Part shown: positions 1-13,577 of the stretch, in pieces
How the letters are laid out: every line of letters begins with the position of its first letter
Position numbering within the stretch: position 1 is the first letter of the stretch
From: Catajapyx aquilonaris
Taxonomy: Eukaryota
Reading direction: 5' to 3'
Length of the DNA: 52,616 nt
Assembly (NCBI GenBank): GCA_000934665.2
Contig: JYFJ02002707.1
Coordinates: forward strand, 1 to 52,616
Position numbers and translations under genes: made by a program
The notes under the pieces: model-generated
The model's input: the letters and a program-made list of their open reading frames with translations, nothing else
Told to the model about the DNA's origin: nothing
Database searches by the model: none

Positions 1-121
1 GCTCTTTCGTTCTATGTCTGTCTTGTCATTGCACACAGCATCTAATAGAAATTAAGCAACTTTCAAATGTTGACAATCATTTAGGGACACCCTGTATATA
101 AAAGGAAGTGCATGTTTATTT

Positions 122-126
<5 letters not shown>

Positions 127-154
<28 letters not shown>

Positions 155-407
155 GATACCCCTTGATAGGCCCCTTGGGCCTCTTAGGGGATCATCTTTT
201 GAATAACCGACTTTAATCATTTGCCTGTAATGTGATGGATTTTGATAGTGGGAGGAAACGGGAGAACCCCGAGAAAACCCACGCAAACACGGAGAGAACC
301 CATCGAAACTCTATCCACATAAGTATCCTCCGTCCGACCCGGGGATCAAACTCGGGACCTTAGAGGTGGAAGGCTGCGGCGCTAACCACTCGGCCACCGT
401 GTCGCCC
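127..407 (-). mobile_element. tRNA-derived SINE with V-domain-like core, full length
   Basis: A box TGGCCGAGTGG, B box AGTTTGATCCC, core GTGGGTTTTCTCGGGGTTCTCCCGTTTCCTCCCAC, 3' hairpin and (ATT)n; TSD TTTATTTTGAAT at 115-126 and 408-419. Confidence 0.88.
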
Positions 408-1161
408 TTTATTTTGAATTAGCGATCATTTTAGGCATTGTTCAAAGAATGATTGCATATAGTCAATACATTGAAAAGTATTATAAAAAAATTAATAAAA
501 ATATAGATGGGGTCCTAAAAGATCCCATGTCACGGTTGCTGTAACTTTTAGGCATGTCATGGTGCCAGTGTTAAATCCCAAAACCAGTGTGGTTCTTGTG
601 GACTCCTAATTTTGGTGGAAACAGCCACTCAAAAAATGTTCATACTCTCATTTTCCACAACTCCGGGTATATTCTGACAGAGTACGCTAATGTGCACTCT
701 GTGTTTCCAAGTAGGTATGGTGTTTGATGCCTGTTTTTATGTGCCTGTTTTTTTATACTAATTGTTGTCACTGTAGGAATCGAGGAGAACCTGCTGGTGA
801 GATGTGTACTTTTTTCAGGTTGGTTGCATACAATAATACTATTCTGCACACTTTGAGCTTTTTATTTTTCACTGTGAAAATTATTTAAAAATTTGCTGTG
901 AAAATCCTCATGAATCTTCACGATTACACAAAAAATGACTCGGCGAGATAACCACTGTTACCCACTCATTTGACTTCCAGTAGGGCGACGAATGCCACCC
1001 GCATTTAATCGAACCAATTGCCCTTAATGTAATATACTAGAATTATACTGAAAAAAACAAAAAAAAAGTCCGTATATTACTCCCTTCATTAAAGGATCTG
1101 GGACATTAAAGTTTGATTTAAAGGGCCGCGGATTGCTGAGACGAATATTCGCCTTCGCTAC

Positions 1162-1197
<36 letters not shown>

Positions 1198-1424
1198 NCC
1201 CCCCCCCCCCCCCGCCCCCGCCACTAGTGTTTTGCTAGTGCTTCACGGATATACGCATGTTGCGATTACAGGCAATATCAATGTACATTTTACGGCAGTC
1301 TGTATCAATATTGCGTATCATCATGCGCGCCGTAAAATTAATAAAATTGAATATCCAAAATGTTACACAGCCCGAGATGCCCAATACATGGAAGATTGTC
1401 AACACATTATGTTTTATATGTAGA

Positions 1425-1925
1425 CTACGTAGGCTACTATGTAATTGACTGCTAGTGAAACTACTTTTTAAATAAAAATGACTCTGGTTCGGAGGGTAGA
1501 TTTTATTGTGTGGGCGTTTTAAATAAATAAAATAAATGTATGCTTTGCGCAGGAAATAAAAATGAAAATAATGAACGAATGTTTGTATACAGTATAACTG
1601 TATAAAATATTGTTTTCATCGTTTTTTCTTCTTGATCTATGCGTTGCAACAACTTGAATTGTGAAAAATGTTTTTGACCTTTGGGGAATCAAAAATAGTT
1701 CTTGAAATGTTGAGGTCATTATTCTGAATCAAGTGGGCCGAAATGGTGCGCTACCATCACAGATTTCGCTGAAAAATTCACAGCTGTGCATACCCGTAAC
1801 TCTGTAAATACCAAGTTTCAGCCACATTGCGCAATACCGTGGGGAGGGGGGCGCCAGAAATTTTGAAAGGGGCTGAAAATGAACCCATTTTTGGAGAGTT
1901 CTTTTCAGTTGGTGCAGGTTGTCAA
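1425..1925 (+). repeat. About 500-bp direct repeat, copy A
   Basis: Colinear with 4695-5175, e.g. TTTTTAAATAAAAATGACTCTGGTTCGGA...TGCTTTGCGCAGGAAAT. Confidence 0.9.
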
Positions 1926-2343
1926 AACCCATTAATATAGACTACTGATATCATAGCAAAAGAAAGAAAAAACACGATGGGAATGCAACTATGGAATTAG
2001 TTTTCATCCCAAATGTAACAAGAATTTAGTGTGCGTGGAATTCCATCAGTCACATACAATCATGTCCAAGAATTTGGGTCCCCGAAAATTAATGAGAAAT
2101 GTGCGAAGCAATAACTAATATATTCTTGGGGGCCATGCATGAACCAGGCTTCAAACTGTCCAGACCTTGTGTGGGCCTCAACTCATGTCACCAAATGATT
2201 ATGACTGATGTCCATTGTCGGAATCCAATTTCTTGGACGTGTAACTGGCCATGTGACCAATGGAATGCCACAGACATGTTTCAGGTTACATTTTAGCGGG
2301 AAATTAAAGAGTCCATAGTTGCATTTTCTTCGACTTCCTCTTT

Positions 2344-4259
2344 CAGGGGCGGATCCAGGAATTTTTTCTGGGGGGGGGGGGCGAGTAGGGCCCGCCGCAG
2401 GCGACGTTTCTTTTGGGTTCAAGGTCACAACCCTTCCTCGCGACCCCAAATTTGGGGTCGCGACCGCAAAATGGAAAAGGACCCATAGAACAGTGCAATT
2501 TTACACTGTTCTACAACAGGTTATAGAGGGTTTTTTACGTTGAATGTACTCATACAAAAATACATATCCCCGAAGTGAGGGAAGCTTTTCACCTTGTTAT
2601 TGGATCTGTCAAAGGCCTTTGATAACGTGAGACATGATTTATTGTGGTATAAGCTGCAACAGTTGGGAATAGGTGGCAAGATTCTCTCTGCTATTCAACG
2701 TATCTATGGGGCGGCACATGTTACAGTTGAGAACCATATTGGCAGTGTGCAAGTTACAAAGGGAGTTTTACAGGGAGATTCCTTATCACCAGTATTGTTT
2801 AATCTGTTTTTGGCAGACCTCAAAACAGTACTTATGCAATCAAATATACCTGGAGTTAATTTAGGGCCAAACACTGACGAAATACATTTTCTGCAATTTG
2901 CAGATGACGTGGTTCTCCTGGCGCCTAATCAACTATATTTGCAAAGAAAAATTCATTTAATTGGGAATTACTTTAACGATTTAAAACTAAATATAAATAT
3001 TAAAAAAACTAAGGTAGTAATTTTCAGGAAAGGGGGTATGCTCCCAAAAAACTGTAAGTTTCACCTAAATGGTGAGTTGCTGGAGATAACACCCAGTTAC
3101 AACTATTTGGGGGTAGTATTTTCCAGCTCAGGTAAATTTCGGATGGCTGCAGAACAAATGAGAAGCAAGGGTAAAGCAGCGATAGCATCTTTGTGGCCAG
3201 TATTAACTAAATTAAAGGTAAGGCAAATTTCAACAGCCTTCAAGCTATTTGATTCCCGCATCGCATCAATTACTCTTTATAATGCATTTATTTGGGGACT
3301 TGAATATTTAGAATTAATTGAGCAGATTCAAACCTTCTTCATTAAAAAGTTTCTAACGTTGCCTAAGAATACAGCGGGATATTTCGTTAGGTTGGAGACA
3401 GGTCGTAGACCCTTAGCATTAAAAATAATTAAAAATCTGATAAGCTGGCTGGTTAAATTAGGAAATATACAGTCAACCTCACTAATTAAAAGAAGTCTGA
3501 AATATGCACTATTAAATTCTCAGTCCCACCCTATAAAAAGTTGGGCATGGCTAGCAAATCGAGAATTTAATAAAATGGGAATGTCTATCCAGGGTTGGTT
3601 ACAAAATATAGAGAATATATCCATCCAAAAGGTGCTGATTACATACATCGATGCAACGATTCAACAGGATTATGTAGACCTAGACAATTCAAAGAGGTAT
3701 GCCAACTGGTATTACTTAACAATTCTCCATTTCTAGAAAATTATTTAACCTACAACTTACCGGTACCGCTACATTCAATTAGACTTGTGGCTAACCTCCG
3801 GAATGAATCCGCATGGTTTTATATAAATGGATACAAAATACAGCTTGACTTAGAGAACTACTGTTCATTATGCAACATTAAAGAAGAATTCACTATACAC
3901 CATATGTTGTACATTTGCCCTTTTTTTTCTGGCCCGAGGAGAACATTACTCATGTCATGGCCTTCGGTCCCACCCGACAGATTAAGCTGGATTCTGGACG
4001 ATATACCAGCTCAGGAAATTTAGAAATTATATGTTTTTTTTAATACAGCAAAATTATTATTAGAAAATGCCGACATTACATTATAGTAAATCAATGGATA
4101 AATAGTTTAAAAAATATTATTATTATTATTATTAGCATTATTATTATTGGCATTATTATTATTAATATTGTACTTGTGTTCTACTGTATCATTGTGTTCG
4201 GAATTTTGTATTGGGGAAGCTCTCTCCGCCCTAAGGGGTAATCCCCCATGGCGTAATAA

Positions 4260-4310
<51 letters not shown>

Positions 4311-4399
4311 GAGGGTTTTTGCGAGTTCCCCCCCCGGTTTTTTCTTTTTTTTTCGTTTTTTCCCCTCTGCGGGCCACAACTCCCCCCTTCGCCCCCCNG
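2344..4399. mobile_element. hAT-type MITE of the same TIR family, interrupted by the LINE
   Basis: Left TIR CAGGGGCGGATCCAGG at 2344; right TIR probably hidden in the n at 4398; flanks TCCTCTTT / TCCTTTCT resemble an 8-bp TSD. Confidence 0.55.
2536..4305 (+). mobile_element. 5'-truncated non-LTR retrotransposon (LINE), RTE-X-like; RT plus C-terminal CCHC
   Basis: DLSKAFD, GVLQGDSLSPVLF, FADD, YLGV, ETGRRPL motifs; C-x2-C...H-x4-C in the shifted frame (3595-4023). Stop at 2576, frameshift near 3710, AATAAA plus (TTA)n tail, TSD TTATAGAGGGTTTTT at 2521-2535 and 4306-4320. Clade assignment is from memory. Confidence 0.92.
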
Positions 4400-4694
4400 T
4401 CCTTTCTTTGGATAATAATATGTGATTGTATAGTCTCTCTATAATGAGTTTGATGGGGATTGACCGCTTCCACGAACCGAAGGAAATTCTCCAAAAAACT
4501 GTTAATTTTCAACCCCTTCGAACATTTCGGTAGCGCCTGCGCGGCGGCGCCTCCCCCTTGGTATTGCGCATTATGGCTGAAATTTGATACTTAGAGATAT
4601 AGCACAGGTGTGTATGGAGCTGTGATTCCCCCTCCCCCTCCCCCAGGCTCCCAGCAAAATCTAGGATGGTCGAATAACATTTCGGTTCACTTGA

Positions 4695-5175
4695 TACGTA
4701 TAGCCTAACTATGTAATTCACAGCTAGCGAAGCTATACTTTTTAAATAAAAATGACTCTGGTTCGGAAGGGTAGATTTTATTGTGTGGGCGTTTTAAATA
4801 AATAAAATAAATGTATGCTTTGCGCAGGAAATGAATATGAAAATAAAGAACGAATGTTTGTATACAGTGTAACTGTATATAAAATTGTTTTCATTGTTTT
4901 TTTTTTCTTTTTGATCTATACATTGCAACAACTTGAATTGTGGAAAAAAATAGTTCTAGAAATGTTGAGGTCATTCCGAATCAAGTGGGCCGTAATGGTG
5001 CGTTACCATAACGGATTTCGCTGAAAAAATCACTGCTGTGCAGACCCGTAACTCTAGAATAAATACCAAGTTTCAGCCGCATTGCTCAATACCGCGGGGA
5101 GGGGGGCGCCAGAAATTGTGGAAGGGGCTGAGAAGTTAAAATGAGTCAACTTTTGGAGGGTTCAGTTGCTTGGAT
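4695..5175 (+). repeat. About 500-bp direct repeat, copy B
   Basis: Colinear with 1425-1925. Confidence 0.9.
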
Positions 5176-6465
5176 CGTTAACATATATACCGGTATTTAA
5201 ATAAATAAGGTGGTTGAATTAGGTTGAATGAAAGTGTTGATTCAGACATTGAGAATGGCTTCTTTTAATTCACATGACTGTACCTGATGACAATGGTTGC
5301 ATTTGTATATTTTCGGAGGTAGAGCGCCCAGCGTTAGTTTAAAACGGTTTCAAAGCATGCATGTATTCGACATAATATAACCAGAAAATTATTTTGGTAA
5401 GCTTCTGGAGTATCTCTTCCAAATTAACTGCTTACAGGTAAGAAGAATTCTGTGAAAAAGAAATCAACAAACCCCCATTATAATTGGATCCCATTGCATC
5501 ACCCCTGTAACGAACGCCACGATACCGATAATTACAGTCATAATGTGACACTCTTGCTCAATAGGATGCAACCTTTAAATTGGCCGAGATCGCATCCTCA
5601 CACCCAGTATAACTCATCAGGCTTATTAGCATCCTTATCCTAGATCTATAACAATATTAATCAACACTTTAAAATTTCCATAAAGTATCTCACCTTGGCT
5701 CTCGACGTAATAATGGGTACTGTCTGTACTGTGTCTCATCCGTGCATGGGGTAGGGCAGACGTCAATTTGTATATGCAGAGGCTGAGAAGCAGGTACATG
5801 ATAGGCAGAAGAAGTAGGTCTACCGCTCTTGTACCCCCTGTCGTTGTACCTCCTTTCCTCCCGTATCTCCCGCTCTTAGCCCAGGAGTTTCAGACAGAAA
5901 CTCGCTTCGCGAGGCGGGGGGGGGGGGGGNGGGGGGGGGGGGGGGGCGCTTCGGCCCCCCACACACCCCCGTGGCGCTGCGCCCCACTTGCGCGCCTGCG
6001 GCGCGAATTGGTCCGCTCCCGCGCAGGTCTCCGTAACTCTCCGAGGCCGCCCCACACTTGCCCCACTCTCCGATGCGAACAGAGCAATTCTTTTTACGCA
6101 AAAATTGGTCGGAGCGGGGTGGCATCCGTTTACAGAACCCGTGACGTCATCGCGAAAGGTGTGGAGTAGAAGAATGCGCCCTAGCTGACGTACGGTGAGT
6201 AAAGGCACTGAGATGGGATTAGAGTAGATCCAGATTGTGAGCAGATGGGGGGAGGGAGCGCCGGACAGGGGATATTGTTCTCCGGCGGCTTAATGAGGAG
6301 CAGATGGACAAGGTGGCACGTGAAAAAGTCGACTTTTTGCCAAGTCCAAAACGGCTGGGAATTTTACGATTATGAGGATTTTTGGCATTGCTAAACCGGG
6401 GGCAAGAAATCCAACGTAATTTCGACCAGAGCTATACGACCTCGGGAAGTGCGAAATCTTTTCCA

Positions 6466-6491
6466 TCCTCCTCCTCCTCCTCCTCCTCCTC
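6466..6491 (+). repeat. (TCC)n microsatellite
   Basis: Direct reading. Confidence 0.9.
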
Positions 6492-9400
6492 GGATTGGGG
6501 CTTTAGATTAGAAACACCATAAACAGCCAAGAGATAACACAACATACGTACGTACTATACCTCTGTAGACAACAGCTTTTAGCTAATGGCACTCAGCAAC
6601 TGTGTGTGAGAGAAGTAAGTTTTATAATTATTTTTTTTAGATCTTCCCCACGATGGCACTGAAGATCAGCTGGATACATTTTCGTTGCTACTATAGTTTC
6701 TGCAAGAATCAAGTTGCTGATGTCACAAGTCTCAAAACAAACGAGGTTTAAGGTTTGAATGCAAAACTCTGTAATAATAGTCTACAGCTCAGTGTATTTT
6801 CCATTTTCCACTTGACACACATGGAAGGGACAGGAATACACACATTTGCTTTCTTCTTGTCTGTCTGGAACAACTTGTTCCATAGACAGGCTGAATAGGT
6901 TAGGGTAGGTAGGCTAGGTTGGACTAGGTTAAGATTTGGTTAATTATATCCACCTCTTGCACAGCTGACTGTTTAGTCAATGACACTGAGTGCCGTGCAC
7001 TTCTGAAAAGACCACAGCAGGTATCGAAAGGATATGTCTAGTCCAAGTGTCTCAGAAGCAGCATTAATTTTTTCTTCTAGTGTTGACAGCTTGCCCCCTA
7101 TGATCCCGAACGTGTGCCATGTAAATAACTTCCTGAGGTGTACTAAATAATGACGCTCCTTCAAAAAGTGAAATGAAAACTCCATTACAAATAAATACTT
7201 TAAAAATCCATCGTGGCTTATCATGAGAAAGTTACATACGGAAATCCACTTGGTCACATGCGACTCCAGCACCAGATGATGGGTGAAATTTTTAGATATC
7301 CTACCCTGATGGAAAACTTCGAAGGAACGCATTAATTTCATGAACACCATGTATTTTGGCAGTGTCCAGGTCTAATGGAGCATTCTGGCAATCCTACAAT
7401 AAAACAGCAAGGTTGCAAAGTATACACAAGGAGGGAAGGAAATGCCTAGGTATAGGAAAACACGTCACAATACATTGCGTGGTGTCACAACAAATGGAGG
7501 GGGAGCAATGTTTGAAAAACCACAGCAAGCAGCCCTTACTCATTTTGCATGCCCATAGAGGTCATTTGCATTTGTGAGGAAAAAAGCCACATTGGCTGTC
7601 ATTTATTCTTTACCCTCCTCTCCCAAATAGTGATGATTCTTGCAGCTGCTGTACCATTGCTGCGACATCATGATATATTGATGATATCAATGTCCTGTGC
7701 AAAAATATACGTAGTTGCTCATTTTGCAACAAGGAATGTGAATGTCATAATGGTGTTCATGGGTAAAATTTGAAGGAATTTGAAAATGCAGAAATACTGT
7801 GCCAGACATTCTTAGGTGTCACTGAAGCTGTTTCACGTGTTCTTCCATGACACCACATGACCATAACAGTAGTGTTGACACAAAGCTAGGGAATGTACTA
7901 TAGTTCATAAATGCAGGAAAAGCGCCATAAATCAATATGGCATGCATTTCCTGCTGGCTTGTACTTCATGACAATATTAATAAAGCATTAAAACCTAGTA
8001 CAAAAATGACTTCAACACAACAATCATACTTCACTATATACATAGGCAACACAGACAAAGAGAGTACTAATGCAGTACTTTAAAATCAGAAAGGAAAACA
8101 TACAGGGTCTTAATAATAGGTGAGGGTAATTTCAACATCCTGTCAGTCACCATTTACATCCTCTGCACAAGTAAATGATGGGAATATACAAGTTGCGCCA
8201 TCACTTATGCTGAGAACACATACATTTTGAAAGCTACTTGTGCAATACTGACACTGTCCCACCAGTACAATGTATGTACAACATATAATCCAGTGAAAAG
8301 AATTCAAGTGAAAAAGCTGTCTATTTCAGGAGGTAAAGAACAGTATGCAGCAAATTTCAAAATCTTTCCCAATAACGAAATATGTACTGCCTTTAGTCCA
8401 GCCTTTGGTAACACCCATGTTCAAACACACTTTACACACACAACACATTGTATGTTCCTCAGATAATATTCTCAGGTTTAGAGCAATTTTAATTTTTTCC
8501 CCTGAGGCATATCATTACGCATACGGTGTGTGTGCCAGAGGTGGATAAAACCTGGTACAAGGTGCAGATGAAACTTTCTAACAGTGAAAACGTAGTAGGT
8601 TAATGCAGTGACCAAACAATTTCGAGCTGTAACATGCAATTTGTTCAAGTTCCATGCAACAATGCAAGTAAAATATTTTATGTCAAAATAACTCAAAAGT
8701 GAGTTTAATTTCAGTTTTACAGTATTTTAAAATCAGTAATTGAGGCTGAGGGCATTAGTCTGGCATAAGCACATACGAAACACATTGCATTCACTAATTT
8801 CCATGTGTTCCTGTTACCTCAACTTTTGGTTGGCAGTTATTATTACTTGAATATCATTAATGGCTTTTTCAACTCTATGCATGATTCCAATCAAGACATG
8901 ATGGAGTCACAGGGTGAGTAGAAATCAACATGCAAAGTTTTTACTGATATGAATGTGAGCTAACCTATGACACACATGGTATATCGCAGGCCTGCTTATT
9001 GCATGTACTGGTGCTACAGATTTTCGAACTGGCAGGAGCAACAAATGATGTGAGGGAGAAGAGTGATGGGTTCCAAAAGATATCACTACTGATACCTGGT
9101 CCAACACATTCAGCATAATTATGTAAAATCTGGAAATACACCCCAAATTTAATCACCTTACATCCATTTGGATTGTTCCAGCAATAAAGAAAAGAAAATC
9201 TGAGTGCTATTCAGTCAAATTAATGCTGCATAATATTATTGTAGATTACAAGTAATTCAATTAGGACATATCTGCTTGTTTTGTTAATGGCTGTTACCAA
9301 AACTGCTGCTAGACCATTGGCATATGGGACATTTGGAATGCAACATTTTACCAACATAAACGCCACTAAATGCTTACTGGGCATAACTGTGATTATAATG

Positions 9401-11611
9401 ACAGTCACAAAAGAAACAAGTTGGCTTCTGTGTTCAACACCCTGCACTATATGTCAATAAAAGCTTGAACACTGGTATTCAGGTGCAATACAACCATCAT
9501 CACTCTAGAAAAGTGCTGATAGTTGCATAGTGCCAGGATACGTTTGTCTAACACTTCCTTTGACATAGAGTTCACACACAAGCTCAGCTACCAACAGGCT
9601 TTGCTTAAGGTAATGCTAATGATCTTGCAAAAAAATGGACAGATGCTTAAAAAACAAAAGCTTGGTCAAGTTAGGAGTACGTTCAGGTAGCACAGCTGTT
9701 GGAGTCATGCAATGAGACACAAGGTTATTGATTACTGGATATAACTGAGAAGTACCTACATGGCGTATCAAACTGTTAAAGTCTGTACAGTACATGTGGG
9801 GCTATGTAAGTAGCATATCTATAATGCTTATAACTGCAATGAAACAATAATGAGATTGTTGGCTGGCTGAGCCACAAGAATTTCCATCCCAGAAAGTTCT
9901 TTATATTTGCATAAACATGCAAGTGAACATCTATTCACACAGGGAATGGAGGGGAATGAGGAACTTAGCAACATATACATAATGAGAGGAGTGGGAATAC
10001 CGACAGGCTGGACTAATACAAACTGCCACCTGGCTTCATATTAAAATAGGTAATATTACAGGAAATTGTCACCATCACCTCTACAACCACCACAAAAAGT
10101 ACTCTTTCAGCAAAAAACAGGTTGATCAATATTGCTTCCTACACAAAGAAAATTTATGTTTCCATGACCTGGAAAGAACTGTGTACAAGGCAGCCAATTC
10201 GTTTGTGGCTTGTGTGTGTCTAGAAAAGTCCTGTTTCAAGAAGCGGGGCCATGTGTATTCCTCTCCGCTTCAGAATTGCACTTCTACCTCGTTTACAACA
10301 GCCATGCTTTGAGATACCCAACCATGGGAAACATTACTGAACACCAATCATGCATCTTACACTGATTGTTACAAATAAAAGGCTGTTCCCAAGTAAGCAA
10401 ATCACAATGATGCGACTTTCACCATAAATACCAACTCACACAGGATCTGTACATGTACTGCATATATATATGCAGTATGTATATATGCATGGTGTATATT
10501 CATATTTATATACCTTATATACCTTATTTTTATATATGCATGGTTGAAAAGGTGACATGCTACCCTACCGTACTGAAGTGCTTGCCTTCTACACTACACT
10601 TACAAGAGGGAGGAAAATGCACATTATCCACGCACAAATGGCGAGTCTCTTCCACTGACAACCGCAGTTTTCTTCCACTAATTTCCATCCAATTAGAGCA
10701 GCAAAAGGACAATACAAGTGCAGCAAACATCAGTCTATTTGTTCCACAGCCATCAAATGCAGTTCATCACTCCTTCACAGCTACACCACAAAACATGGTG
10801 CTAGCATTTGACCTTTGGTCGAGACGGTGTTGTATGCCTGAAGGGAAGAGACACCATATTCAATAGAGCTCCATATTAAATGTACCATCAGGAGGGCATA
10901 GGAGTACTCTTTTGGCAATGTAGTGTCATGCAAATTGTGTTCAAGCATGCTGAAACTAGTGAACAAAGAGTTACAATGTAAAATAATTATTCATCCTACC
11001 TCTGGATCATTCATCCAGTGTGTGTGGCCTCATATGTGTACAGTTAGCTGCAATGTGAAAGCACTGTCAAGCATTGCAAAGCATGTTAAGAAACCATGCT
11101 AGTTACAACAGATGCATTAAAAGACCTGTAGTTTGCAGTGGGACAGGTTCTTGTCACATCATGTGCACTTGTATTACATGCTAGTATTGCCTTGGTTTGT
11201 GACCTGACTTATTTTCAGAGTCGCATAAATTTTTATGCCTCCAGATCGCATGTGCTACACATTTGGGGTGTCCACCTGTTAGCATCACTCCCACCTTTTG
11301 ATTCCATCCTATCCTATTTCACTTTTTCCAGCCAAGATGACAGCTTAGAGGACCAAGGTCCCATCAATTTTATCCTAAGCTATTGGGACAAATAGGCAAA
11401 AGTGGTAGTGACTCATGACCTGAACCCTACCATGTGCTTCCAAATTAATCTCACATTATTATTGGTAGAAATTTGTGGCTGCTCTCTCCTGCAAACTCAC
11501 CTTCAACTTTGATATTGAAATGTACACTACACATGGCTGGTAAATCCTATTTAACAATCTCTATGTACAGACACAGGTGAGAAGACAAGAAGGAGTTGGA
11601 AATAAGTCTCT

Positions 11612-11969
11612 AGGGGAGGTGGAGATGGCGGAGATAGTAACGTCTCGGTTTGCTGAGTGAAAGGCCTCAGGTTCGATCCCCGTCTGGGGAGTTCCCTTTC
11701 ATCTGCGTCAGGAGGGTCTCTGACCTGCACCTTGGAGGTGTCTGGCAACCTAACCTCCTGGGGAACAGCACATTGCACTTGCACCCATGTTCCCTCCCCT
11801 AAAATCCCTATCCCTACCCTACATCCTTGACTCCTTGCACTGGAGATTGACGTTAATCTAGAAAATGGAGTGAAATGGTGGTATTCCACCCCCCTGAAAG
11901 GACCTACGGCCTACAGGGTAAACAGCAAAAAAAGAAGACGAAAAAGAAAGAAAAAGAAAAAGAAAAAAA
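11612..11969 (+). mobile_element. tRNA-derived SINE, third family, A-rich tail
   Basis: A-box-like TGGCGGAGATAGT, B box GGTTCGATCCC, 3' hairpin CCCCTGAAAGGACCTACGGCCTACAGGGTA then A/AG-rich tail; no clear TSD. Confidence 0.7.
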
Positions 11970-12144
11970 GGGGCCTCTTAAGATTACCCTGACATGGTGT
12001 GAGCTTAATTTAGAAACACACAGCACAGTGAACAAGATGTCCTGATGGTCCTTAGCCTAATAAATTGTGCATGAATCACAGCATTAAGGATGGTCATAAC
12101 AACAGGTTCCTAGAAGAGTTTAATGGGAAATGGACTGTTCACTA

Positions 12145-13059
12145 TCTTAATCTATAAATGAGGAGAGTTTGTTTGTTTGTCCCTTATAGAAATCCAGGGG
12201 AAAGCCCCTACACCGCCTTAAATTAGCATATCGGGGGTTACATTTTTCAAGGAATTTAATGCCGCATGTTTCAGCTTCCGAAAATGAACCTAACTCCCAC
12301 AACACGCATATTCCCGAATCTTCTCACTTCACGGGTCTCAACAATTAACATAATTACATCAACTTCTATAGCAACAACAACATTTTATCTTTTCCCAAGT
12401 TCGCAATCCCATGGAAATGCCCTTATGCAACAATACCTATCAAAGTAATGCATTTGCATTGCGTCTATTATATCTTGGACCTCTTTTTTTTTTGCAAGTC
12501 CCATCGCCGTAAATTATTCAACTCATCCGCCAATTACGCTAATTGGCCACCTCACGTGAGTTCACATGGTATGATCATTCTGGGATTTTGTAGATTTGAA
12601 ATTAGACTTCCCGACACAAATAAATACAAAAAAATGATTTTTTTAAAAAAATTACGCAGTGTTGAAAACAAAATTTCCCACCAGGCATCTGTATGTACAT
12701 TTCTCAAGTTCTTCAGGGCAAACAGTTGGAACGAGGTGGGGGTGTGAGGTAGGGGTGAGGGGTCATGGGGTCAAATATTCTGGGGAAAAACATGATGGCT
12801 GTGCAGTCTTTTCCTGGGCCAACTTCATCCCCATTCCTCTTTTTACACATCCATTCAGAATTGACTACGCTATAACCAAAGCAGGCAATCTATCACAGAT
12901 AGTGACAAACTTTGACTTATTGTAACTTGGCCTTATTTTAAGGTGCATCGAGTTCCAGTGTACGGAACGCAAATTTTACAAACAAACAAACTTCCAAAAA
13001 TATACCCGTACCTTTAACAGCATCCCAACATACCCGGGCAACGCCGGGTAACCTGCTAG
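12145..13059 (+). mobile_element. Non-autonomous Helitron
   Basis: 5' A|TC...TCTATAAA followed by (GTTT)n; 3' hairpin ACCCGG-GCAACG-CCGGGT then CTAG|T; no TSD; inverted (ACAA)n at about 12977-12991. Confidence 0.8.
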
Positions 13060-13577
13060 TGTATCAATAAGGACATTCACCCATAATTTTTCTGTGCATT
13101 ACCCAAATGTATATCATTGACTTCTGAAATCTTTGAGTAGCAGTGTACACATATGGCTCAAAATATATTCCCCAACTTTCACGCAACGACAAGTGCTGTG
13201 AACAATACCTTTTCTAAAAGCATTAAACATGTGACCTTGCATGCTTTACACTTACACTTGTAAGACTTGAAATGTAGAATGATCACTGTCACATTTTGGT
13301 TGAAATTGAGTTAGGCATTGTTGAAGATAATCCTCAATGCATGCTTGCTGACAATCATATACATTTTCTGATACAACAACCTCAGATCCCTTGAAAAAAG
13401 CTTTTTAAAAAGAAAGATTACATATATAAGGGATACTTCAAACATCAAACTATCATAATTCAATATTACCGTATTCCATTATGACTGATTGTTCTGCATT
13501 TCATCAGATCTTGACTTATAGCATTTGAAGTTAGTACAATATCAAACGTATGTGCATGAACGTGCTTTAATATCAGC

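Larger units (their letters stand above)
1780..4625. repeat. Interrupted foldback palindrome (left arm about 1780-2140; right arm about 2180-2343 plus 4400-4625)
   Basis: Nested inverted matches TGTCCAAGAATTTGG/CCAATTTCTTGGACG, AATGCAACTATGGA/TCCATAGTTGCATT, TGCGCAATACC/GGTATTGCGCA, TTTTGGAGA/TCTCCAAAA. Confidence 0.7.

Noticed and set aside
1024..1423. Poly-Gly/poly-Pro ORFs (also at about 5900, 22970, 24530, 34950, 45190)
   Set aside because: Translations of C/G homopolymers containing n; repeat interiors or assembly artefacts, not proteins.
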